In this document: in pieces, positions 10,885 to 19,870 of the stretch | Position numbering within the stretch: the first letter of the stretch is position 1 | How the letters are laid out: every line of letters begins with the position of its first letter | NCBI GenBank assembly: GCA_946488855.1 | Contig: CAMLWC010000003.1 | Location: 3,349-67,348, forward strand | Direction of reading: 5' to 3' | Length of the DNA stretch: 64,000 nt | Source: an uncultured Mycoplasmatota bacterium | Lineage (GTDB): Bacteria; Bacillota_I; Bacilli_A; RF39; UBA660 | Notes under the pieces: generated by a model | The model's database searches: none | Told to the model about the DNA's origin: nothing | The model's input: the letters and a program-made list of their open reading frames with translations, nothing else | Position numbers and translations under genes: made by a program

Positions 10885-12153
10885 ATGGAAAAGATAAAAG
10901 AAATATTTTCCAAAATAAAAATTAGTAATTTAGCAAAAAAAAATATTAAAGGTTTTTTAATAATTATATTTATAATTTTATTTTCATATTTTGTAATTTC
11001 TAGTTTTATTAAAGGAAGTAGAAACAAAACTTGCAATAATTTAAGACAAGAAATATTTAGTAAAACTGATTTATATTTTAATGAATTTAATTTATTGCCA
11101 ACTTTAAACGGTGATAGCATAACAATAAATTTAAATGACTTAAATGATACTATTGTTTTTAAAGATTATGCTGTAACAGGTACAGTTACATATACAAAAT
11201 ATAATGATTCTTATATCAAATCAGTAAATATTGATAATGCAGGATATTGTAATACTAAAGAATTCGGTAAAGAAACTGATAAATATGATGAAAATAAAAA
11301 TGTGGAAGTTGTAACTTATTATAATTATTATGAAGTTGATTCATATAATTCAAAATGGTCAGAATGGTATCCTAGTGAAGATATAAATACTACTGAAACT
11401 AATGGTGTTTTATTACCACTTGATGAAGATGATTTACCATATATACCAAATAATGCTGTCGTTACTGAATATGTAAGAGAAACTAAAACATATTATAGCT
11501 ATCGTGATAAACAATGGAGATTTTATAAAAATAATATTAAATATAGTGATTATAGTTCTACAAAACCAAAAGGATATACTAATAAAGATGGTGATACCAA
11601 AACCACTACTGACCCAACTGATTGGAGTTTAGATTACCCGGAAGTATTTGATTATCGTCATATTAAACAACAAACTGGATATAGATGGTATTATATGGAT
11701 GGAGAAAATAAAATATATTGGAATAATGGTGAATATAGTGTTACTTCACCTGGTGAAGAATATGAAAAAGACAAAGAAAATACTGTAAAAATGTATTCAT
11801 ATTATGATGATATATGGCGTTGGTATAATGGAAATACAAGAAGAATATATAGTAGTTATGCTTCAACTATTCCTAATGGATATAAATATAAAGATGAAAC
11901 AACTTTAAGATATACTGATTGGAGCAGATTTACAGACGAAAGTAAAATAAATAGTTCTAATAAAACTTATCGTGAAGAAAGAACCGATACATATTCAAGA
12001 TATTTAATTAAATATGATATTTATTCTTTACCTATGTTAGACAATTATGTTTCATTAGAAGAATTAGAAAACATATTAGGAAAATCTTATGAAGAAATTA
12101 ATAATGATAAATCATTAAAAGTAGATGTTATATTTAAATTTAAATATGAATAA
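10885..12153 (+). CDS. N-terminally membrane-anchored protein with W/Y-rich repeated modules, function unknown
   Basis: TM helix GFLIIIFIILFSYFVISSFI. Recurring motifs are YYSYRDKQWRFYKNN, GYRWYYMDGENKIYWNNG and YSYYDDIWRWYNGN, each followed by S/T..P.GY. Confidence 0.6.
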   Translation: MEKIKEIFSKIKISNLAKKNIKGFLIIIFIILFSYFVISSFIKGSRNKTCNNLRQEIFSKTDLYFNEFNLLPTLNGDSITINLNDLNDTIVFKDYAVTGTVTYTKYNDSYIKSVNIDNAGYCNTKEFGKETDKYDENKNVEVVTYYNYYEVDSYNSKWSEWYPSEDINTTETNGVLLPLDEDDLPYIPNNAVVTEYVRETKTYYSYRDKQWRFYKNNIKYSDYSSTKPKGYTNKDGDTKTTTDPTDWSLDYPEVFDYRHIKQQTGYRWYYMDGENKIYWNNGEYSVTSPGEEYEKDKENTVKMYSYYDDIWRWYNGNTRRIYSSYASTIPNGYKYKDETTLRYTDWSRFTDESKINSSNKTYREERTDTYSRYLIKYDIYSLPMLDNYVSLEELENILGKSYEEINNDKSLKVDVIFKFKYE

Positions 12154-12164
12154 AAACTCAAAGT

Positions 12165-12653
12165 TTAATCTTTGAGTTTTTTCATTATATCATACCTATC
12201 ATTATTATATTCTTCAATTATTTTTTCTAAAATATATTCTTCTTTTGCCTCACTATATCCAGTTATAACTTCATCACCAACTACTAAAAATGGAATTACA
12301 TATTTTGTTTGATTTAAATAATCTCCTACTTTATGCATTAAATCACTATTTTCTTCATTATACCAAACTTCATATTGAACTAAATTAAAATACTTATTGT
12401 AACTACTATCTAAATTATTAAAAAATTTTTTTAAATTAGCACAAGCATAACATCCATCACCCCAAAACAAATAAATATTAATTGGTTCAGCATCGTTGAC
12501 ATCATCATTATTTTGAGTATTATCTTCTACCTCTTCTTGATTATTTAATGTATCATCTATTTCATTAGTTTGTTCTTTTGTTATTTCTTCAACATTTTGC
12601 TTATTACACCCAACAGCGATAAATAATAATAAAATTAATAATATTTTTTTCAT
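12165..12653 (-). CDS. Thioredoxin-fold lipoprotein (thiol-disulfide oxidoreductase-like)
   Basis: Lipobox LLLFIAVGC|N, an acidic linker, a CxxC motif WGDGCYACANL and the cis-Pro region VIPFLVVGD. It lies 8 nt downstream of the arylsulfotransferase gene. Confidence 0.75.
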   Translation of the reverse strand: MKKILLILLLFIAVGCNKQNVEEITKEQTNEIDDTLNNQEEVEDNTQNNDDVNDAEPINIYLFWGDGCYACANLKKFFNNLDSSYNKYFNLVQYEVWYNEENSDLMHKVGDYLNQTKYVIPFLVVGDEVITGYSEAKEEYILEKIIEEYNNDRYDIMKKLKD

Positions 12654-12661
12654 TTATTCAC

Positions 12662-14578
12662 CTAAAATTCTACATAATTGTTTGTTTTGTATAATTTATC
12701 ATCTATCTTAATAAATATATCATATCTTCCTTTTAAATTAGTACTATTAATATATTTATTAGTATTTAATCCATTTTTTGTTCCTTCTTCATTAAATATA
12801 TCAACACACATTGCAGTATATGGAGTTTTACTAATTCGCCATTCATATTTATAGGCAACTAAATTTTGATATAAAATTATTTCTACGTTTGTTCCTTTTT
12901 TAAAAGTACCATTAACTACTAATCTATCATACTCTTTAGTAAATGTTATATTATGAGATTTATACTCATCATCAATATTTTTAGCATTAAATATTAATGA
13001 CATACTTTTATCAACTTTAGTTTCATCTAAACTACCTAATATAATACCATCTTTTAATTCATAATTTCCACTATATAAACTCATCTTTTCAACTCGATAG
13101 TTATTTGTTGGTAATTCTATTTCAAATATAATTTCATCATTTAATAGTTCTGTTGTTATACTTTTTAATGTATCTGCTCCTACCAAACCTGCTGGTTGAT
13201 TTTGAATAACACCATCTTTATATGATATACCACCAGAATGAACAATATAATGATTAGTATCAATGTAATCAACATCTGATATATAAGGAGAATAATAACT
13301 ACTTCCTCTTTCTTTTCCATATTGCCATACTTGTTCAATAGTCATATTAGTAGTATCTATTTTATACATAACACCTCTAGAATAACTATCAATTGCAGGA
13401 ACATATTCATCTTTTATTTTTGACTTATTATTACCATTATCAAATATAAATACATATCCTTCTGGAGTTATCATAGCAGCATGTTGACTCCATTGCCATT
13501 CAAAATCACCTATAGGTTTAAAAAAATATTTTTGATATTCACTACTCCAATTAGTAGGATCACCTATTATCCAATTTAACTTTCCAGTATCATAATCAAT
13601 ATTTATTACAGCATCTTGATGTCTACCTGATAAAGTTATAGAATTAGTATTTTTATCATACCAAACTGCATTATTGTGAAACCAATCATAATCAGTCCAA
13701 TTTTCTGATTTACCATCATTCATATTTAATATATTTTTTAAATCAAAGGTTTTAACTATATCGCCAGTTTTTCTATCTAATTCAACAATATAATCTTCAA
13801 CTGTTCCACTATCAAAATTATCTGATGCTACTAAAATATTTCCATTTTCCAATTCAAAATAATCATGATGATATCCGCCATTTAATTTATATTCTGTATA
13901 TATTTTTCCTAATAAATCTATTTCATATAAACCAGTTGTATAATATGGCGGATTAACTAGTCTTTCTGTACTTACCAATAAATTACCATTTTTCAGTCTA
14001 TTAATATTCCAGGTAAAACTTTCAGTTAAATACCATCTTACATCACCATTTACATCATAAGCACACATATATCCTTTACTAGAAGGTGAAAAAAAATATA
14101 ATTCATTATCTAACTTTGATTTATTAGATTCTACATTAGTAGACAAAATAAAATCATCTGGTAATTTATCTGGTTTTATATATATAGTTTTACTAATATT
14201 TCCATATTTAATAGTTATTTCATTATTATAATCAGGATATAAACCATATATAGGCAAATAATGAACTTTATTAGATTCAAAAGTATTAGTAAAAGTAGTA
14301 TTTTTATCTTTACCATTAATTATTACTGTAGGCTCTACTTCATCAGCAGTTTCAAAAATAACTAAAGCTGTTAATGGTGAAATTTCATAAGGATTTAAAA
14401 TAATATTTGGATTATCGATTGTATATCCACTACTTTTAAAATCTTTTTCATATTGTTTTTGTTCATTAATCAAACTATCTTTATAACTAACTAAATTATC
14501 ACTTTTTATAGAATAATAATAAACAATACTTATAAATACTAATATTATAATTGGAACTAACAAAATTATTTTTTTCAT
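12662..14578 (-). CDS. Arylsulfotransferase (ASST) family protein, membrane-anchored
   Basis: Start moved to MKKIILLVPIIILVF after an AGGTGA RBS. The ASST N-domain (NPYEISPLTALVIFET) is followed by a beta-propeller region with GGYHHDYFELENGN, DWFHNNAV and WQWSQHAAM. Confidence 0.7.
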   Translation of the reverse strand: MKKIILLVPIIILVFISIVYYYSIKSDNLVSYKDSLINEQKQYEKDFKSSGYTIDNPNIILNPYEISPLTALVIFETADEVEPTVIINGKDKNTTFTNTFESNKVHYLPIYGLYPDYNNEITIKYGNISKTIYIKPDKLPDDFILSTNVESNKSKLDNELYFFSPSSKGYMCAYDVNGDVRWYLTESFTWNINRLKNGNLLVSTERLVNPPYYTTGLYEIDLLGKIYTEYKLNGGYHHDYFELENGNILVASDNFDSGTVEDYIVELDRKTGDIVKTFDLKNILNMNDGKSENWTDYDWFHNNAVWYDKNTNSITLSGRHQDAVINIDYDTGKLNWIIGDPTNWSSEYQKYFFKPIGDFEWQWSQHAAMITPEGYVFIFDNGNNKSKIKDEYVPAIDSYSRGVMYKIDTTNMTIEQVWQYGKERGSSYYSPYISDVDYIDTNHYIVHSGGISYKDGVIQNQPAGLVGADTLKSITTELLNDEIIFEIELPTNNYRVEKMSLYSGNYELKDGIILGSLDETKVDKSMSLIFNAKNIDDEYKSHNITFTKEYDRLVVNGTFKKGTNVEIILYQNLVAYKYEWRISKTPYTAMCVDIFNEEGTKNGLNTNKYINSTNLKGRYDIFIKIDDKLYKTNNYVEF

Positions 14579-14639
14579 ATCATCACCTACAATAATTATA
14601 CAAAAAAAACATTGAAAAATCAATGTTATATTTTCTAAA

Positions 14640-14730
14640 TGGCGGAGTAGAAAGGATTTGAACCTTCGCGCCGGTTACCCGACCTACACCCTTAGCAGGG
14701 GCGCCTCTTCAGCCTCTTGAGTACTACTCC
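14640..14730 (-). tRNA. tRNA-Ser (anticodon GCU), CCA encoded
   Basis: The minus strand folds by hand as GGAGTAG-TA-CTCaagaggctgaaGAG-G-CGCCC-CTGCTAA-GGGTG, then a long variable arm, GAAGG-TTCAAAT-CCTTT, CTACTCC-G-CCA. It is class II with a 3-bp D stem. Confidence 0.9.
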
Positions 14731-14865
14731 AAAAACGCTACATATAAATTGTACTATATTTTTAATAATAAAGCAAGGTTTTAATAAAAAAAATTTAAAA
14801 AACATTAAATTATCTTGAACAAATATAATAGCAAATGTATAATATTTTATTGAAAGAAGGTTTTT

Positions 14866-15297
14866 ATGAAATATAATGATATTGATTTAAAAATTATAAG
14901 TTCATTAGAAAAAGAAAAAAAGAGATTTATTCAAAGTGAAGATAAAAGAACTCCATTATTTTTTTGCTCAGCAAATAATGATAATTTATTTTGCATTATT
15001 ACAGCTCCATTTGAATGTGAAGCTATGCAAATAATTGGAGAATTTGAACACGATTTATCTATTGACAAATTATTTAAAACTTATGTTGTAGTTGGAAATA
15101 AAGTTTTAGAAATTGAAAAAATTTTATTAGATCATCTAATAAAGAAAAATTTTATTTTAGAGGCTAATGAACAAGAACAATTAAAAAGTATTTATAATCA
15201 ATTTTTATCAAATGATTTTGATTACTATTTTCAAAACTATATTGATTATTGTCAAAATTTAAGAAATAATAAAAGAAAAAAAATCAAATTATATTGA
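14866..15297 (+). CDS. Hypothetical protein
   Basis: 143-aa ORF with no recognisable motif. Confidence 0.4.
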   Translation: MKYNDIDLKIISSLEKEKKRFIQSEDKRTPLFFCSANNDNLFCIITAPFECEAMQIIGEFEHDLSIDKLFKTYVVVGNKVLEIEKILLDHLIKKNFILEANEQEQLKSIYNQFLSNDFDYYFQNYIDYCQNLRNNKRKKIKLY

Positions 15298-15303
15298 TTT
15301 TTT

Positions 15304-15654
15304 TTAATCTTTTGGTTTGAATATTAATGAAAATATAAATGAAAATACAATAGCAGCTGTAATTCCAGATGCTGTTAAATTAAACATGCCACTCATTAAT
15401 CCCATATAACCAACTTCAACACTAGATACCATTGCTCCATGAATTAATAAGTGACCAAAACTAGTAATTGGAACACATGCTCCAGCACCAGCCCACAATA
15501 TTATTTTATCATATATATTAAACAAATCTAAAAAACAACCTAAGACAACAAATATCGTAGTTATATGACCTGGTGTTAATTTTGTATTATCTAATATCAA
15601 CTCACCTATTAAACAAATAATACCACAAAATAGAAATGAATTTATATAAATCAA
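15304..15654 (-). CDS. spoVAEb: Stage V sporulation protein AEb
   Basis: 116 aa, collinear with B. subtilis SpoVAEb (..KLTPGH..AGAGACVPITSFGHLLIHGAM..SGITAAIVF..FKPKD). Confidence 0.9.
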   Translation of the reverse strand: MIYINSFLFCGIICLIGELILDNTKLTPGHITTIFVVLGCFLDLFNIYDKIILWAGAGACVPITSFGHLLIHGAMVSSVEVGYMGLMSGMFNLTASGITAAIVFSFIFSLIFKPKD

Positions 15655-16640
15655 TCTATCACCTCCAAACTTACTGCATGAGCAATACTTGGAATAGTAC
15701 TTTTATTATTAACCATTGTTGTATTCATTAAAGCACCAGTTGCAACTAACAATACCCTTTTTATTTCTTTTTTATACATTTTATTAAATATATAACCATA
15801 AGTAACTAAAGGAGCACAAGCAGGACCACTAGCACCAGCATAAACTGGTTGTTTATTTATATCATATATCATCGAACCGCAATCATCATAGTTTTTAAGT
15901 TCTATATTATACTCTGTCAACATATAATCTTTTAGAATATCCTTACCATACATTCCTAAATCTCCAGTTAAAATTAAATCATAATAACCTATTTCTCTTT
16001 TTGTTTCTCTTAAATGATCATATATTGTTTTAGCAGCAGCTGGTGCCATAACAGCTCCCATATGATATACGTCAGTTACTCCTAAATCAACCACAGTTCC
16101 TAAAGTAGCACTTTCTATTTTAATACCTTTTTTATTTTTAGATAAATAAGCACTAGCTCCTCCAGTAGAAGTAAATGTTGTAGTTTTTCTTTTTGGCCCA
16201 CCATATTCAACTGGATATCTAAATTGTTTTTCAGCAGCATTATTATGAGATGATGTTGAAGTAATAGCATTTTCTACTTGCTTAGCCTCAATCATATTAG
16301 AAGCTATAATTAAACCTAATACACTTGTTGAACAAGCACCATATATGCCAATTAATGGAATTCCTAAACTAGAAGCTGCATAATTAGTAGCTACTATTTG
16401 ATTTAATAAATCACCTGATACTAACACATCAATATCAAATTTAGTTTTACCTACTTTGTTTAATAAAATATCAATTGATTCTTCAATCAATTTTATTTCA
16501 GCTAATTCCCATGATTTAGTATTAAAATATAAATCATTATAACTTTTATCAAAATATTTAGATAATGGACCACTTCCTTCATAAGGCCCTGTTATTGTAG
16601 CAGTATCATTTATATAAACATTATTATATTTAAAAGTCAT
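15651..16640 (-). CDS. spoVAD: Stage V sporulation protein AD
   Basis: Start at MTFKYNNVYIND after a GGAGG RBS. Thiolase-like fold with GACSTS, in the spoVAC-AD-AE order. Confidence 0.9.
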   Translation of the reverse strand: MTFKYNNVYINDTATITGPYEGSGPLSKYFDKSYNDLYFNTKSWELAEIKLIEESIDILLNKVGKTKFDIDVLVSGDLLNQIVATNYAASSLGIPLIGIYGACSTSVLGLIIASNMIEAKQVENAITSTSSHNNAAEKQFRYPVEYGGPKRKTTTFTSTGGASAYLSKNKKGIKIESATLGTVVDLGVTDVYHMGAVMAPAAAKTIYDHLRETKREIGYYDLILTGDLGMYGKDILKDYMLTEYNIELKNYDDCGSMIYDINKQPVYAGASGPACAPLVTYGYIFNKMYKKEIKRVLLVATGALMNTTMVNNKSTIPSIAHAVSLEVID

Positions 16641-16641
16641 A

Positions 16642-17079
16642 TTAACCTCCAATTATTAATCTTAAAAAGCCAAATATATAAGCACTTACAACACCAAATA
16701 CTATTACAGAACCAGCTAATTTAAACATATTAGCACCTATTCCTGTTACAAATCCTTCTTTTCTATACTCTAATGTAGCACTCATCACCGCATGAGCAAA
16801 CCCTGTAATTGGTATAATTAATCCACATCTTGCAAAATTAACTAATTTATCAAAAAAACCTAAACAAGTAAATAAACATCCTAAAAATACTAAAGTAACT
16901 ATCATTAGCATCGTACCATCACTTGTAGAAATATTAAAAATATAAGAATATATATCTGTTAAAAATTGTCCTAATAATCCCATAACTCCACCTATTAAAA
17001 AAGCAATTAAAGCATTATTTAAAACATTTTCTTTTGGTGTATGTTTAGCTACTAATCTTTTATATTTATTTTCTTCCAT
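16642..17079 (-). CDS. spoVAC: Stage V sporulation protein AC
   Basis: 145-aa membrane protein (..FLIGG.MGLLGQ...IPITGFAHAV...). It is the first gene of the spoVA trio. Confidence 0.9.
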   Translation of the reverse strand: MEENKYKRLVAKHTPKENVLNNALIAFLIGGVMGLLGQFLTDIYSYIFNISTSDGTMLMIVTLVFLGCLFTCLGFFDKLVNFARCGLIIPITGFAHAVMSATLEYRKEGFVTGIGANMFKLAGSVIVFGVVSAYIFGFLRLIIGG

Positions 17080-17096
17080 AAAATTCCTCCTAAGGT

Positions 17097-17125
17097 TATT
17101 ATGTATTTATTATTTTTTTTTATAC
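17097..17125 (-). promoter_or_regulatory. Candidate forespore (sigma-G/sigma-F type) promoter for spoVAC-AD-AEb
   Basis: The minus strand reads GTATA-17 nt-CATAATA (-35 at 17125-17121, -10 at 17103-17097). This fits the published GHATR-N17/18-CATXHTA consensus. The leader to the SD would be very short. Confidence 0.35.
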
Positions 17126-17153
17126 AAAAAAACTAGTTTATGCAACTAGTTTT
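17126..17153 (-). terminator. Hairpin at the 3' end of the sigma-factor gene
   Basis: AACTAGTT (17131-17138) pairs with AACTAGTT (17144-17151) and is extendable to 10 bp. It overlaps the stop codon and is followed on the minus strand by a T-run. Confidence 0.45.
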
Positions 17154-17785
17154 GATTTTAATTTGGTTAATATTTTTTGTTCACCACGTGAAACTTGAAC
17201 TTGACTTATTCCAAGTTCATTAGCTGTTTGTTGTTGTGTTAAATCATACATATAACGTTTATTTATTAATTCTTGTTCAAAAGGATTAAGTTTAGATAAT
17301 TCTTCTTTTAAAAGTAATAAATCATCAATATCGTCAGTCTTACCAATAGTATCTTGTAAAGTTATGTCTTTTCCTTCATCATTTAATGGTTCATCAATAC
17401 TATAAATTGGTTTATTACTATTTATAGCTTCTTCAATCATATAAGTTGGAATTTCTAAATAATCAGATAATTCCAAAATAGTAGGTGTTCTCATCAATTT
17501 TTGAGTTAATAAAATATTAGCTTTTTCTATTTTTAAATTTAATAATTGAATATTTCTACTTATTTTAATACTTTTATCTTCACGAACTAACTTCTTCATT
17601 TCACCTAAAATATAAGGATACGCATAAGTTGTAAATTTAACATTCATATCAGGATTATAATTTTTATAAGCCATAATCATTCCAATACATCCTGCTTGAA
17701 ATAAATCTTCTTTATTTGAATATTTTTCAAAATATCTCGTAATTGAATAAATTAAATTTTTATTTTCGAATATTAGTTCTTCCAT
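17138..17785 (-). CDS. sigF: Sporulation-type sigma-70 family factor (SigF/SigG-like)
   Basis: Region 2 FQAGCIGMIMAYKNYNP..FTTYAYPYILGEMKKLVRE and region 4 LGISQVQVSRGEQKILTKLK closely parallel B. subtilis SigF (LGISQVQVSRLEKKIL). It is preceded by a STAS gene and followed by spoVA. Confidence 0.75.
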   Translation of the reverse strand: MEELIFENKNLIYSITRYFEKYSNKEDLFQAGCIGMIMAYKNYNPDMNVKFTTYAYPYILGEMKKLVREDKSIKISRNIQLLNLKIEKANILLTQKLMRTPTILELSDYLEIPTYMIEEAINSNKPIYSIDEPLNDEGKDITLQDTIGKTDDIDDLLLLKEELSKLNPFEQELINKRYMYDLTQQQTANELGISQVQVSRGEQKILTKLKSKLVA

Positions 17786-17794
17786 TTATTCCTC

Positions 17795-18157
17795 CTATAA
17801 ATTAATTACATTAACAGCACTTAATTCATCAGACGTTTCATACATATATTTTAATAATCTACTATTATTTATTCTATGTTTAACTAAATTATTATTCATA
17901 CCACATACTAAACTTTTGCCATTATTTATTTTGCATAATTCATAATTATTAAGTAATGCATTAATACCATAACAATCAATTGATTCTAATTCACTTATAT
18001 TAAAAACTAAATTTCTAATACCATTTTCTCTTACTAAATTATTTACTTCCTCTTTTAATTTATTAACTGTACTTTTATTAAGAACTCCTTTTAATCTAAT
18101 AAATAAAATTCCTTTACAAAATTCTAAATTAATATCTAACAATCTATCACCTTCCAT
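17795..18157 (-). CDS. STAS-domain protein (SpoIIAA-like anti-sigma-factor antagonist homolog) lacking the conserved Ser
   Basis: It aligns by eye along the full length with B. subtilis SpoIIAA. The motif LSFMDSSGLG corresponds to LESIDCYGIN here, so Ser57/Ser58 become Cys/Tyr. Confidence 0.65.
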   Translation of the reverse strand: MEGDRLLDINLEFCKGILFIRLKGVLNKSTVNKLKEEVNNLVRENGIRNLVFNISELESIDCYGINALLNNYELCKINNGKSLVCGMNNNLVKHRINNSRLLKYMYETSDELSAVNVINL

Positions 18158-18209
18158 AATAATTTAGCACAACTTTTTTCAAAATTATACACAATCGACA
18201 AAACTAGAA

Positions 18210-19802
18210 TTATTTTTTGTTCGACTTTTTTCCTATTAAATAACTTAAATAAAGAAGTAACAAAAATATTATTAAAATAACTTTACTATCTAGTGATCCT
18301 AATTTTAATATATATTTAGGTATTTTATTATTATTCAATTTTTTTAATAATTCTTCTTTTTCTAAAGTTACATTACCAATACCTTCATTTAAAGTTTTAA
18401 TATCTTCTTCTAAATCAGTTATTTTATTTGAATTAAAATTATTTAATTTATTTAAATTATAAATTTCTTCTTCTTTTTTCATAAGTTCATTATTTAAATT
18501 ACTAATCTCTTTTTCATATTGTTTAATCAAATTATTCAATTCAATAATCTTTTTATTTAAACAATCTTTATCTAAATTACATTTATTTAGTTGTTCTTTT
18601 AATATTTTTATTTCCTCTTGATATTTTTTTATCTGTTCCTGTAATGAAGAAATTAAATTACTTTCAACATTTAAAGTTATTTTTTCTGTAACTATTAAAT
18701 CATTTAATTTAAATTGAATATCATATACACCATTTTTATTCCAATTAATATTACTATTTATTACAACTTCTCCAGTACTAGAAATAATAAAATTCTTTAG
18801 ATCAAAATCTTTATTAGTTATTTCTTTTAAATTTAGTTCAAGTTTATCTCTGGTTCGATAACTATAAAAATATTTTAAACTATCTTCTAGTTTATAAATA
18901 TAATCATCTATTGGTTCTTTAGAATAATTTGAATACTCTTTTTCTAAAATATAAACTTTACACCATTTTTCTTTATAACGATATTCATAATTTACTTTAG
19001 TATCAATTATATATTCACAATCTTCTTTTTCATAAGAATTATAAGTAGTAACATAACTAGTAGTTGGAATATTTAGATCATAAATTGTTCTAATAACTTT
19101 TTGAGCATTATCCCAATAATAATCAGAAAACTTCATTGTATAGCTTTGTGCAGCATATATGTCTTTTTTATCATTAGAGAATCCTATTGTATATAATTTA
19201 TCTGTACTTCCTAAATCATAGATATAAAATAATATTTCTATTTTGGTTATTGGATAACTTTTACCTAAATCAACAATTAATGAGCCATTATTATCAATAT
19301 AAGAACTATTTTCATCATAATTACCATTATTTATATATTTTCCAAAATTACTATTACATCCATTACAACTAAATGTATAATTAATTTTTTTACCATCAAT
19401 TGTAATATTTAATTCAGGAATTCTAAAAGCACCATAACTTCCTTGTAAATTATATAAATGAATATATCTTGCTTCTTTTGCTTTTGTATAAGTATATTTT
19501 TCTCTAGTTTCATATATATAACCTATATTATCTATTTTTTTATTACTCCAATTAGAATATTCAGTTAAATAACAATCATCACTAAATTCATCTAAATTAT
19601 TATATAACTTATAATCAGTTAAAACTTTATTTTCCTTATACCATAAATATCTTGGTTCTTTAATTACATCAACAGTATCGCTAGCTACTACATCTTCTTC
19701 TTGAAATTCACTAAAACTAGAATAATTAGAATAATAAACTTTAGCACTTACTATATTACTAAAAATTAAACTTAAAAATATTAACCACAAAAACTTTTTC
19801 AT
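18210..19802 (-). CDS. Secreted/surface protein with W/Y-rich modules, C-terminal coiled coil and TM anchor
   Basis: Signal peptide MKKFLWLIFLSLIFSNIVSA. Motifs RYLWYKENK, EYRYKEKWCKVY and YFYSYRTRDK. Heptad-rich region ~aa 385-500 (QEQIKKYQEEIKILKEQL...). C-terminal TM segment VILIIFLLLLYLSYLIG. Confidence 0.6.
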   Translation of the reverse strand: MKKFLWLIFLSLIFSNIVSAKVYYSNYSSFSEFQEEDVVASDTVDVIKEPRYLWYKENKVLTDYKLYNNLDEFSDDCYLTEYSNWSNKKIDNIGYIYETREKYTYTKAKEARYIHLYNLQGSYGAFRIPELNITIDGKKINYTFSCNGCNSNFGKYINNGNYDENSSYIDNNGSLIVDLGKSYPITKIEILFYIYDLGSTDKLYTIGFSNDKKDIYAAQSYTMKFSDYYWDNAQKVIRTIYDLNIPTTSYVTTYNSYEKEDCEYIIDTKVNYEYRYKEKWCKVYILEKEYSNYSKEPIDDYIYKLEDSLKYFYSYRTRDKLELNLKEITNKDFDLKNFIISSTGEVVINSNINWNKNGVYDIQFKLNDLIVTEKITLNVESNLISSLQEQIKKYQEEIKILKEQLNKCNLDKDCLNKKIIELNNLIKQYEKEISNLNNELMKKEEEIYNLNKLNNFNSNKITDLEEDIKTLNEGIGNVTLEKEELLKKLNNNKIPKYILKLGSLDSKVILIIFLLLLYLSYLIGKKSNKK

Positions 19803-19870
19803 TAAATCACCTCCTACTAGTTATATACGACAAAATTATTCTAAATTCCTGCACAAAAAAAGAAAAAAGT

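Noticed and set aside
10839-11120. 93-aa minus-strand ORF overlapping the 5' end of the 10885-12153 gene
   Set aside because: It is antisense to a gene with a good RBS and a plausible TM anchor. The hydrophobic I/L/F/K-rich sequence is what the antisense frame of an AT-rich TM segment produces.
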